Assembly (NCBI GenBank): GCA_944376715.1
Contig: CALWDO010000010.1
Span: 34-64,033 of the forward strand
Source: an uncultured Lachnoclostridium sp.
GTDB taxonomy: Bacteria > Bacillota > Clostridia > Lachnospirales > Lachnospiraceae
Direction: 5' to 3'
DNA length: 64,000 nucleotides
Shown: positions 7,535-16,345 of the stretch, in pieces
How positions within the stretch are numbered: the stretch's first letter is position 1
Layout: every line of letters begins with the position of its first letter
Notes under the pieces: generated by a model
Told to the model about the DNA's origin: nothing
Seen by the model: the letters and a program-made list of their open reading frames with translations, nothing else
The model's database searches: none
Made by a program: the position numbers and the translations under genes

Positions 7535-8566
7535 ATGGGAAAAGACAACGTGATTGTAAACCGTTGGCTTTCACAGAAGGATCGGTTTGCGGACCTGATG
7601 AACGGCTGTCTGTTCCAGGGGCAGCAGATCATACAGCCTGAGCAGCTGGAAAAAATTGACCGGGAGACGGATCTTTTTATTCCGGAAAAATCTGGTACAC
7701 AGATGATTCCGGGAAAAGGGGTACAGCGCTACCGAGATGTGGCGATGCGTTGGGAAAACAAAGCAGAGCTGGCAATTTTGGCACTGGAAAATCAGGAACG
7801 GGTACATTATGCCATGCCGGTACGTACAATGATCTATGATGGTTTGTCTTACGCGGAGCAGATCGAAGAAAGCTGGGAAGACCGTAAAGATACCGGGGGT
7901 AGAGCGAGCCGAGACGAATTTCTCTCACATTTCCGGAAAACAGGCAGACTTTATCCGGTGATTACGCTGGTATTCTATTATGGCTCCAGACCCTGGGACG
8001 GAAGCAGGGATCTTCATGGGATGATCTTTCCGGAAGGTGCAGGGTATGAAAGAGAAAATCTCCGGAAATACATACCGAACTACAGGATAAATCTTGTGGA
8101 CGCGGAGCGGCTTCAGGATATAAACGTGTTTTAAACAGATTTACAATATGTATTAAACATGATAAAATACAGGCAAAAGAAAGAGAGAATTCTGGAATAT
8201 GTGGAAGCGAACAGATCATATTTTCAGAGACTGAACATAGATACTTATCAGGCATTGAGTGTATTTTTAAACTCGGAGAAATGGCTGGAGGGAATAAGCG
8301 TACCGGAAGAGAAAGGAGAGATGGATATGTGTAAGGCGCTGGAAGATATTTATGAGGATGGAAAAGCAGATGGATATGAAAATGGAAAAGCAGATGGAAA
8401 AGAGGAAGGACTAAAAGAAGGTATAAAAGAAGGAAAAACTGAAGTGTTAAAAGAGAAAATTTTCAAAAAACTTCAAAAAGGAAAATCATTGGAGACTATT
8501 GCAGAGGAACTAGAGGAGAGTGTGGAAACTGTCAGTCGGCTGGCGAAGGAGTTATCGGTATTGTAA
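7535..8566 (+). pseudogene. Second Rpn copy interrupted by a nonsense mutation
   Basis: Nearly identical to 6071-7093; CAA (Gln200, 6668-6670) is TAA at 8132-8134; the frame continues to 8566. Confidence 0.85.
8327..8566 (+). CDS. Putative intragenic RpnS-like protein of copy 2 (79 aa)
   Basis: GAAAGGAGAG RBS (8311-8320) then ATG GAT ATG TGT AAG; intact frame downstream of the nonsense codon. Confidence 0.55.
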   Translation: MCKALEDIYEDGKADGYENGKADGKEEGLKEGIKEGKTEVLKEKIFKKLQKGKSLETIAEELEESVETVSRLAKELSVL

Positions 8567-8612
8567 TCTGCGGCAAAAGAGGATAATTGGTGAATGGACG
8601 GACAGGATGTTT

Positions 8613-8651
8613 GGATGTCAGAAAATCAACAAATTGGATTTTCTGACATCC
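8613..8651. terminator. 15-bp perfect inverted repeat between convergent genes
   Basis: GGATGTCAGAAAATC / GATTTTCTGACATCC. Confidence 0.65.
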
Positions 8652-8666
8652 GTTTGCGCATGGATT

Positions 8667-9134
8667 TTATTTTCTTCTTCGCCGCACTATATAATAAATG
8701 ACCGCTGCTCCTATAACTGCTATTGTGACCACATACAGCGGAATCGGCGGCGTGATCCGTCCGGCGAGAAAGATACTGGTTGGGCCGTCCGCGCCGCCGA
8801 TAATTGCCACGGAACTGTCGATGGAAACAGATAGACTGACGGTTCTTTTCCAGAGAGAGTACAGACTGGCAGCAGCAAGCAGGACGCTGGCAAGTATCAG
8901 TATGATTAACACGGGATCTTTTTTCCGGAACTGTTCCGGAGCGGCAGCGGACAGGATTTCTCCGGCGGCTGCTTTCGGGGAGCCGATCCGGGAGACAGCC
9001 TCTTCTTCCGTCATATGATGTTCGGTCATGTCGGATATCAGTTCATCATAATAGTTGATGTTTTTCTGTATTTCAGTTTTTTTCAGACTCTTCAGTTCTT
9101 TTTTCAGCGCACATAAGAAATCGGCTTTATTCAT
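8667..9134 (-). CDS. DUF1700/HAAS-domain membrane protein with a GGADGPT motif
   Basis: MNKxxFL..L...L......YY.E.I.D......EEEAV..IGSP N-domain, two TM helices, IIGGADGPTSIFLA. Confidence 0.8.
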   Translation of the reverse strand: MNKADFLCALKKELKSLKKTEIQKNINYYDELISDMTEHHMTEEEAVSRIGSPKAAAGEILSAAAPEQFRKKDPVLIILILASVLLAAASLYSLWKRTVSLSVSIDSSVAIIGGADGPTSIFLAGRITPPIPLYVVTIAVIGAAVIYYIVRRRRK

Positions 9135-9450
9135 GTTTTTCTACATCCTTTCCTGAAATAAATGCAATGACCTGGAGCAGCTGGTCCTGCTCTGATATAA
9201 AGCGGTCAAGATGTTTTTTGCCTGCGTCGGTGATGCGGTAATATTTCCGGATCCGGTTATGATATTCCACATTGTGAGTATCCACGTATCCTCCGGATTC
9301 CAGTCTGCGCAGGATGGGGTACAGGGTAGACTCGGAGATCTCGATACAGACAGAGAGATCGCGGATGATCTGATAACCGTAAGATTCCTTTTTCTGAAGT
9401 TCGGCCAGAACGCAATATTCCAACAGGCCTTTTTTTACTTGAGCGTCCAT
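9127..9450 (-). CDS. PadR family transcriptional regulator
   Basis: QVKKGLLEYCVL, SYGYQI, ESTLYPILRRLE, RKYYRITDAG; GGAGGT RBS. Confidence 0.93.
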   Translation of the reverse strand: MDAQVKKGLLEYCVLAELQKKESYGYQIIRDLSVCIEISESTLYPILRRLESGGYVDTHNVEYHNRIRKYYRITDAGKKHLDRFISEQDQLLQVIAFISGKDVEKHE

Positions 9451-9507
9451 GAAATACCTCCATTTGCATATTACTATATTATACATAGTATATAAAGTCA
9501 ATAGTTC

Positions 9508-9553
9508 TTGTGCTTTATAAAGAAAGGATTTATAATGAAAAGAACATATGTTT
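9508..9553 (+). promoter_or_regulatory. rarA promoter with a LexA (SOS/Cheo) box
   Basis: TTGTGC(9508)-17-TATAAT(9531), then GAAC-ATAT-GTTT at 9542-9553 (Firmicute consensus GAAC-N4-GTTC, 1 mismatch). Confidence 0.7.
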
Positions 9554-9585
9554 TGTAACGTGAATGAAGAAATGGGGGCGGAGAT

Positions 9586-10908
9586 ATGATGGAGCAGTTA
9601 AGCCTTTTTGACGACCGTCAGACCAGCGCGCCGCTGGCGAGCCGTCTGCGGCCGGAGACTCTGAATGAATATGTGGGGCAGAAGCATCTGCTGGGAAAAG
9701 GAAAGATCTTGCGGCAGCTCATCGACCGGGATCAGGTTTCGTCTATGATCTTCTGGGGACCGCCGGGTGTGGGCAAGACGACGCTGGCAAGGATCATCGC
9801 AAACCGGACGCAGGCCTCTTTTATCGAATTCAGCGCTGTGACCAGCGGGATCAAGGAGATCCGGGAGGTGATGGCCCAGGCGGAACAGAATCGGAAAATG
9901 GGGATCCGTACGCTGTTGTTTGTGGACGAGATCCATCGTTTCAACAAGGCGCAGCAGGACGCTTTTCTTCCGTATGTGGAAAAGGGCAGTATCATTCTGG
10001 TGGGAGCCACGACCGAGAATCCTTCGTTTGAGATCAACTCCGCATTGCTGTCCAGATGCAAAGTCTTTGTACTGAAAGCGCTGGAGGAAGGAGATCTGCT
10101 GGAGCTTCTGCACCATGCGCTTAAGAGCTCGAAAGGTTTCGGAGATATGCAGGTGTCCATCGGAGAAGAACATCTGGAAGCTATTGCCCGTTTTGCCAAC
10201 GGAGACGCCAGGACAGCGCTGAACACGCTGGAGATGGCGGTGCTGAACGGGGAGATGGATGCAGACGGTCTGATTCATGTGGATGATGAGATTCTGGCTC
10301 AGTGCATGAACCGCCGTTCTCTGCTTTATGATAAAAATGGAGAAGAACATTATAACCTGATCTCCGCCCTGCATAAATCCATGCGCAACAGCGACCCGGA
10401 CGCCGCGGTTTATTGGATGTGCCGGATGCTGGACGGAGGGGAAGATCCGTTGTACATTGCCAGGCGGCTGATCCGCTTCGCCAGCGAGGACGTGGGCATG
10501 GCCGATCCCCAGGCGCTGCCCCTGGCCGTGGCTGTCTATCAGGCCTGCCATTTCCTGGGCATGCCGGAGTGCGACGTGCATCTGACTCACGCGGTGGTCT
10601 ACCTGTCCATGGCGCCGAAATCAAATGCGCTCTATACCGCGTGTGAAGCATGTAAGAAAGATGTGAAAGAACTTCCGGCAGAACCGGTGCCGCTGCAGAT
10701 CTGCAACGCGCCTACCGGCCTGATGAAAGAACTGAATTACGGAAAAGGTTATATCTATGCCCATGATACAGAGGAAAAGTTGTCCCGGATGCAGTGCCTC
10801 CCGGACAGCCTGGCGGGGAAGAGGTATTATTATCCCACTGAGCAGGGACAGGAAGGAAAGGTAAAAGAGCGGCTGGAAGAGATTTTGAAGTGGAAGAATG
10901 AGGAGTAA
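9586..10908 (+). CDS. rarA: Replication-associated recombination protein A (MgsA/RarA AAA+ ATPase)
   Basis: PLASRLRP, GPPGVGKTT, FVDEIHRFNKAQQD, ATTENPSF, ISALHKSMRNSD, ASEDVGMAD. Confidence 0.96.
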   Translation: MMEQLSLFDDRQTSAPLASRLRPETLNEYVGQKHLLGKGKILRQLIDRDQVSSMIFWGPPGVGKTTLARIIANRTQASFIEFSAVTSGIKEIREVMAQAEQNRKMGIRTLLFVDEIHRFNKAQQDAFLPYVEKGSIILVGATTENPSFEINSALLSRCKVFVLKALEEGDLLELLHHALKSSKGFGDMQVSIGEEHLEAIARFANGDARTALNTLEMAVLNGEMDADGLIHVDDEILAQCMNRRSLLYDKNGEEHYNLISALHKSMRNSDPDAAVYWMCRMLDGGEDPLYIARRLIRFASEDVGMADPQALPLAVAVYQACHFLGMPECDVHLTHAVVYLSMAPKSNALYTACEACKKDVKELPAEPVPLQICNAPTGLMKELNYGKGYIYAHDTEEKLSRMQCLPDSLAGKRYYYPTEQGQEGKVKERLEEILKWKNEE

Positions 10909-10913
10909 ATTTA

Positions 10914-11774
10914 TCACCATTTTTTCCGGTATTCTCCCGGCGTCACGCCCTCGACTTTTTTGAACATTCTGGAAAAATAATTGGCGTCGCTCATGCCGCA
11001 TTCGTGGGCGATCTTTTCTACGGGAAGATCCGTAAAGCGCAGCAGCTGTTTGGCATGGGTGATGCGTACCTGCGCCAGGTAACTGTTTATGGAAAGGCCG
11101 AACTGCTCCCGGAAGATGCGGGTCAGGTAGAATTTATTGATATAAAAAAGTTCCGCCAGATCGTCCAGGCTGATCTTCTTCTGGTAGTTCTGGTCCAGGT
11201 ATTCCTTTACATTCTGGAGATCTCTTCTGCGGGATGCGCTGTGGGGGCTTCCGGAGGGATTCCAGCTCTCTTCCATGAGGTGGGTCAGAAGGGATGTGAG
11301 CGTCTCATAGATCTTCATATCCCGGATATAGGCGTTGGAGGACGCGATTTCATAGAGCCGGTCCAGGATCGATATATAGGTTTCCGGATTCATACTGTGA
11401 AAGAAGGGCGTTCCTCCGCGCTCTACATATTTTTCATAGATTCCGTTCATGTTGGGTCCATAAAAATGGGCCCATTTCAGCGTCCAGAGATCCTCTGAAG
11501 CACGGTGGGAATAAGGCCTGCGGCAGTCCAGAAAGACACAGTCTCCGCCGGAGAGGGGATAAGTGCGCCCGTCGTATTCCAGCGTGCCGGATCCTTTTTC
11601 CACGAGGAAAAACAGATAGGAGGCAAGATTTTCCCTTTTGCTGGTGTGAGGCTTCTGTGCCTGCAGGGTTCCTGTTTCCTGTAAGTGTATCAGGTTAGTC
11701 TTGGCGAAGACTGAAGGCGTGTAGAGGATCCGGCGGGAATTAACCAGATTTCCCTGAAATAGCGATGCATCCAT
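10914..11774 (-). CDS. AraC family transcriptional regulator
   Basis: Cupin-like N-domain; C-terminal double HTH (SLDDLAE...YLTRIF...IAHECG...YFSRMFKK.EG.TPGEYRK). Confidence 0.93.
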   Translation of the reverse strand: MDASLFQGNLVNSRRILYTPSVFAKTNLIHLQETGTLQAQKPHTSKRENLASYLFFLVEKGSGTLEYDGRTYPLSGGDCVFLDCRRPYSHRASEDLWTLKWAHFYGPNMNGIYEKYVERGGTPFFHSMNPETYISILDRLYEIASSNAYIRDMKIYETLTSLLTHLMEESWNPSGSPHSASRRRDLQNVKEYLDQNYQKKISLDDLAELFYINKFYLTRIFREQFGLSINSYLAQVRITHAKQLLRFTDLPVEKIAHECGMSDANYFSRMFKKVEGVTPGEYRKKW

Positions 11775-12002
11775 AAAATGCGCTCTCCTTTCTGTACGGC
11801 GCCAATATGGGACCGCCGCAGCCGTTTATGTGCCTGGAGTAAGTATAACAAAAAAGTCAACATAATGCTAGTAGTCTGCAAGATATACACTTATAATGCA
11901 CAAACGACTTGATTAGAATAAGTAACAGAATGTTTTTAACTGTTCAATTGTCATGGCGCGGACGATCCATGACTGGAATACATGAGAAAGTTGAGGAATC
12001 AT

Positions 12003-13058
12003 ATGAAAAAAGCGTTAATCACGGGTATCACAGGACAGGACGGATCTTATCTGGCAGAGTTTCTGCTGGAAAAGGGATATGAGGTGCACGGCATCACCAG
12101 ACGCGCGTCTATCTCCAATACATCCAGGATCGATCATCTGATCGAAAAACATGCAGTGACGCTGCACGACGGGGATCTGTCGGATTCTTCGTCGCTGATC
12201 CGCATCATCGGCCTGGTACAGCCGGATGAGATCTACAATCTGGCAGCCCAGTCCCATGTACAGGTGTCTTTCGACGTGCCGGAGTATTCCGGAGAGGTAG
12301 ACGCCATCGGAGTCTTAAGAATCCTGGAGGCGGTCCGGATCCTGGGGCTTACGAAAAAGACGAAGATTTATCAGGCTTCTACATCAGAGTTGTACGGAAA
12401 AGTAGAAGAAGTACCGCAGAACGAGAATACGCCGTTCCATCCGTACAGTCCGTATGCGGTGGCGAAACAGTACGGATTCTGGATCACGAAAGAATACCGG
12501 GAAGCCTACGGTATGTTCGCGGTGAACGGCATCCTGTTCAATCATGAGTCCGAGCGCCGGGGAGAGAATTTTGTGACCAGAAAGATCACTCTGGCGGCGG
12601 GAAGGATCGCCGAGGGGCTTCAGGATCATCTGGAGCTGGGCAATATGGACTCCCTGCGCGACTGGGGATATGCCAAGGATTACGTGGAGTGTATGTGGCT
12701 GATCCTGCAGCAGGAGGTACCGGAAGACTTTGTGATCGCCACCGGCGAGCAGCATACGGTGCGCGATTTTACGGAGAGAGCATTCCGCGCCAACGGCATC
12801 GAACTTCGCTGGGAAGGAAGCGGTCTGGACGAAAAGGGATATGACAAAGCCACCGGCAAGATGCTGGTATGTGTAAATCCGGCGTGGTTCCGCCCTACAG
12901 ATGTGGATAACCTCTGGGGAGATCCTACCAAGGCAAGGACGGTGCTTGGATGGAATCCGCAGAAGACCAGTTATGCGGAACTGGTGCGGATCATGGCGGA
13001 GCATGACCGCGCGCTGGCGAAGAAAGAAGCGGCCATGAAAGCGGCCGGACAGATATAA
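12003..13058 (+). CDS. gmd: GDP-mannose 4,6-dehydratase
   Basis: [51 protein letters not shown]. Confidence 0.97.
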   Translation: MKKALITGITGQDGSYLAEFLLEKGYEVHGITRRASISNTSRIDHLIEKHAVTLHDGDLSDSSSLIRIIGLVQPDEIYNLAAQSHVQVSFDVPEYSGEVDAIGVLRILEAVRILGLTKKTKIYQASTSELYGKVEEVPQNENTPFHPYSPYAVAKQYGFWITKEYREAYGMFAVNGILFNHESERRGENFVTRKITLAAGRIAEGLQDHLELGNMDSLRDWGYAKDYVECMWLILQQEVPEDFVIATGEQHTVRDFTERAFRANGIELRWEGSGLDEKGYDKATGKMLVCVNPAWFRPTDVDNLWGDPTKARTVLGWNPQKTSYAELVRIMAEHDRALAKKEAAMKAAGQI

Positions 13059-13066
13059 GCAGGAGG

Positions 13067-14020
13067 ATGAAGACGATGATGGAAAAAGACGCGAAGATCT
13101 ATGTGGCGGGACACCGGGGCATGGTAGGCTCGGCGATCCTCCGGGAACTGAAAAAGGAAGGATATCACAATTTTGTGCTGAGAACCCATAAAGAACTGAA
13201 TCTGTGCCGCCAGGACGAAGTGGAGAAATTCTTTGCCGAAGAGAAGCCGGATTACGTATTCCTGGCAGCGGCCAAGGTGGGCGGTATCGTGGCAAATCAG
13301 GAAGCGCTGGCAGATTTCATGTATGACAATATGATGCTGGAGATGAACGTGATCCACAGCGCATGGCAGAACGGCTGCAAGAAGCTTTTGTTTCTGGGAT
13401 CTTCCTGCATTTATCCCAGGATGGCGCCCCAGCCTATGCCGGAGAGCTGCCTGCTGACTTCAGAATTGGAGAAGACCAACGAGGCTTACGCGCTGGCGAA
13501 GATTTCCGGACTGAAGTACTGTGAATTTCTGAACCGCCAGTACGGCACGGACTATATATCCGCCATGCCTACGAACCTGTACGGACCCAACGACAATTAC
13601 CATCCTACCCACAGTCATGTGCTCCCGGCGCTGATCCGCCGCTTCCATGAAGCGAAGGAAGCAGGACTTACGGAAGTGACCTGCTGGGGCACCGGCACTC
13701 CTCTCCGGGAGTTCCTGTATGTGGACGACCTGGCGGAAGCCTGTGTATTCCTGATGAATAATTATTCCGGAAACGAGACGGTGAACGTGGGTACCGGAAA
13801 GGAACTGACGATCAAAGAACTGACGGAGCTGGTAGCCAAAGTGATCGGCTATACCGGGGAGATCAAATGGGATCCCTCCAAACCGGACGGCACGCCCCGC
13901 AAGCTGCTGGACGTATCCAAGCTGGAAAAACTGGGATGGAAATATCATACGGAGCTGGAGGACGGCATCCGTCTGGCATACGAAGATTTCCTGAACAATC
14001 CCATGCGCGCGGAGCGGTAA
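13067..14020 (+). CDS. fcl: GDP-L-fucose synthase
   Basis: [65 protein letters not shown]. Confidence 0.96.
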   Translation: MKTMMEKDAKIYVAGHRGMVGSAILRELKKEGYHNFVLRTHKELNLCRQDEVEKFFAEEKPDYVFLAAAKVGGIVANQEALADFMYDNMMLEMNVIHSAWQNGCKKLLFLGSSCIYPRMAPQPMPESCLLTSELEKTNEAYALAKISGLKYCEFLNRQYGTDYISAMPTNLYGPNDNYHPTHSHVLPALIRRFHEAKEAGLTEVTCWGTGTPLREFLYVDDLAEACVFLMNNYSGNETVNVGTGKELTIKELTELVAKVIGYTGEIKWDPSKPDGTPRKLLDVSKLEKLGWKYHTELEDGIRLAYEDFLNNPMRAER

Positions 14021-14039
14021 GGAGAAAGGACGGCGTAAT

Positions 14040-15356
14040 ATGAATATTGTATTGTTATCCGGAGGATCCGGAAAGCGTCTCTGGCCTCTTTCCAACGATA
14101 TCCGTTCCAAACAGTTTATCAAGATCTTCAAGAAAGAAGACGGAGAATATGAGTCCATGGTACAGCGGGTATACCGCCAGATCCGTTCCGTGGATCCGGA
14201 CGCCACGGTGACGATCGCCACCAGCAAGACCCAGGTGTCCGCGATCCACAACCAGCTGGGAGAGGGAGTGGGCGTCTGCGTGGAACCTTGCCGCAGGGAC
14301 ACATTCCCGGCCATTGCGCTGGCTACCGCGTATCTCCATGACGTGAAAGGCATATCGGAAGAGGAGGCTGTGGTTGTCTGCCCTGTGGACCCGTATGTGA
14401 ACCAGGATTATTTTGAAGCATTAAAAGAACTGGGCAGGCTCGCCGAGACCGGAGACGCCAATCTGGTGCTCATGGGCGTGGAGCCTACCTATCCCAGTGA
14501 AAAGTACGGTTATATTATACCGGCAGACAAGGAAAAAGTAAGCCGGGTAGATACTTTCAAGGAAAAACCGGACGCGAAGACGGCGGAAGAATATATCCGG
14601 CAGGGCGCATTGTGGAATGGAGGCGTATTCGCTTATAAACTGAAGTATGTGCTTCAGCGGGCTCATGAACTGATCGATTTTACGGATTACGAAGATCTGT
14701 TCTCCAAATATGAGGGGCTTACGAAGATCAGCTTTGACTACGCGGTGGTGGAGAAGGAAAAGAATATCCAGGTTATGCGTTTCTCCGGACAATGGAAGGA
14801 TCTGGGCACCTGGAATACTCTTACCGAGGCCATGGAGGATGCCAGCGTGGGCCAGGCGATCTTCAATGATAACTGTGAAAATGTGCATGTGGTCAATGAA
14901 CTGGATGTGCCGGTGCTCTGCATGGGCCTGAAAGACGTGGTGGTATCCGCCAGCCCGGAAGGAATCCTGGTATCGGATAAAGAACAGTCCAGCTATATCA
15001 AACCGTTTGTGGACCAGATTGATCAGCAGATCATGTTTGCGGAAAAATCCTGGGGCAGTTTCCGGGTACTGGACATCGAGGATGAGAGCATGACAATCAA
15101 GGTGGTGCTGAATCCGGGGCATCGCATGAACTACCACAGCCATGAGCGGCGGGATGAGGTGTGGACCGTTATTTCCGGAGAAGGCAGGACCATTGTGGAC
15201 GGTATGGAACAGCCGGTAAAGGCCGGGGATGTAGTAACCATGCAGGCAGGATGCCGCCATACGATTATCGCCGACACGGAGCTGAAGGTGATTGAGGTAC
15301 AGTTAGGCAAGGAGATCAGCGTCCATGATAAACAAAAATACGAACTGGAAGTATAA
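14040..15356 (+). CDS. manC: Mannose-1-phosphate guanylyltransferase with C-terminal cupin
   Basis: LLSGGSGKRLWPLS, EPCRRDT, FKEKP, ISFDYAVVEK, WKDLGTW; cupin HSHERRDEVW. Confidence 0.88.
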   Translation: MNIVLLSGGSGKRLWPLSNDIRSKQFIKIFKKEDGEYESMVQRVYRQIRSVDPDATVTIATSKTQVSAIHNQLGEGVGVCVEPCRRDTFPAIALATAYLHDVKGISEEEAVVVCPVDPYVNQDYFEALKELGRLAETGDANLVLMGVEPTYPSEKYGYIIPADKEKVSRVDTFKEKPDAKTAEEYIRQGALWNGGVFAYKLKYVLQRAHELIDFTDYEDLFSKYEGLTKISFDYAVVEKEKNIQVMRFSGQWKDLGTWNTLTEAMEDASVGQAIFNDNCENVHVVNELDVPVLCMGLKDVVVSASPEGILVSDKEQSSYIKPFVDQIDQQIMFAEKSWGSFRVLDIEDESMTIKVVLNPGHRMNYHSHERRDEVWTVISGEGRTIVDGMEQPVKAGDVVTMQAGCRHTIIADTELKVIEVQLGKEISVHDKQKYELEV

Positions 15357-16335
15357 CCGTCCTTTTTTGCTGAAACCGGCCGGGAAGGACTATCTGTGGG
15401 GCGGCAGCAGGCTCAATGACGATTTCGCGAAAGGGATTGATCTGGAGCCTCTGGCAGAGACCTGGGAATGTTCCACCCATCCGGATGGTCCCAGTCTGGT
15501 GGCCAGCGGGGAACATGCGGGAAAGCTCCTGACAGAAGTGCTGAAGGAGCATCCGGAATATCTGGGCACCCATCCCCATACGGACGGAGAGTTGCCGATC
15601 CTGATCAAGTTTATCGACGCCAGGCAGGATCTGTCGGTGCAGGTCCATCCGGATGATGATTATGCCCGCGAGCATGAGAATGGTTCTCTGGGGAAGACAG
15701 AGATGTGGTATGTGATGGACGCTACGAAGGACGCCCGGCTCATATATGGTTTTTATCATGACATAGATAAGGAAACGCTTCGGCAGAGCCTGGAGCAGGG
15801 AACGGTGGAAAAATATCTTCAGAAAGTTCCCATAAAAAAGGACGACGTTTTTTATATCGAGGCAGGGACTGTGCACGCCATCGGAGCGGGCGCTCTGATC
15901 GCGGAGGTTCAGGAAAGTTCCAACCTGACGTACCGGATGTACGATTACAACCGGGTGGACAAGCATGGCAGGCACAGAGAGCTGCATATTGAGAAAGCGC
16001 TGGAAGTAGCCAATCTGCGCGGCAGCGCGGAACCCAGGCAGCCTATGCGCGTGCTGAGATACAAAAAGGGATGCGCGTCGGAGCTTTTATGCAGGTGTAA
16101 ATATTTTCAGGTAGAGCGGCAGCTGATCAATACGGAACGCTGCCGGGAGATGGCGGACGTCCGTACAGGGAGTAATTCTTTTCAGGTACTGTTGTGCATC
16201 AGCGGGTGCGGCGTGCTTTTTGAAGAAAACGGAGAGTCGCTGAACTTTTTTAAAGGAGACTGCCTGTTTCTGCCGGCAGATTCCGTGCCGCTTAAAGTGC
16301 ACGGCAGGGCGCAGATGCTGAAGGTAAGTTGTTAG
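15325..16335 (+). CDS. manA: Class I mannose-6-phosphate isomerase
   Basis: YLWGG, AETWECSTHP, LPILIKFIDA..DLSVQVHPDD, GKTEMWY, AGTVHA, EVQESS..TYR.YDY; overlaps manC by 32 nt. Confidence 0.92.
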   Translation: MINKNTNWKYNRPFLLKPAGKDYLWGGSRLNDDFAKGIDLEPLAETWECSTHPDGPSLVASGEHAGKLLTEVLKEHPEYLGTHPHTDGELPILIKFIDARQDLSVQVHPDDDYAREHENGSLGKTEMWYVMDATKDARLIYGFYHDIDKETLRQSLEQGTVEKYLQKVPIKKDDVFYIEAGTVHAIGAGALIAEVQESSNLTYRMYDYNRVDKHGRHRELHIEKALEVANLRGSAEPRQPMRVLRYKKGCASELLCRCKYFQVERQLINTERCREMADVRTGSNSFQVLLCISGCGVLFEENGESLNFFKGDCLFLPADSVPLKVHGRAQMLKVSC

Positions 16336-16345
16336 GAGGAGACAG

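Noticed and set aside
6071-8566. Calling the Rpn copies an active IS/transposon
   Set aside because: No terminal inverted repeats, target duplications or DDE/HUH motifs seen; the 'transposase' label for this family is not experimentally supported
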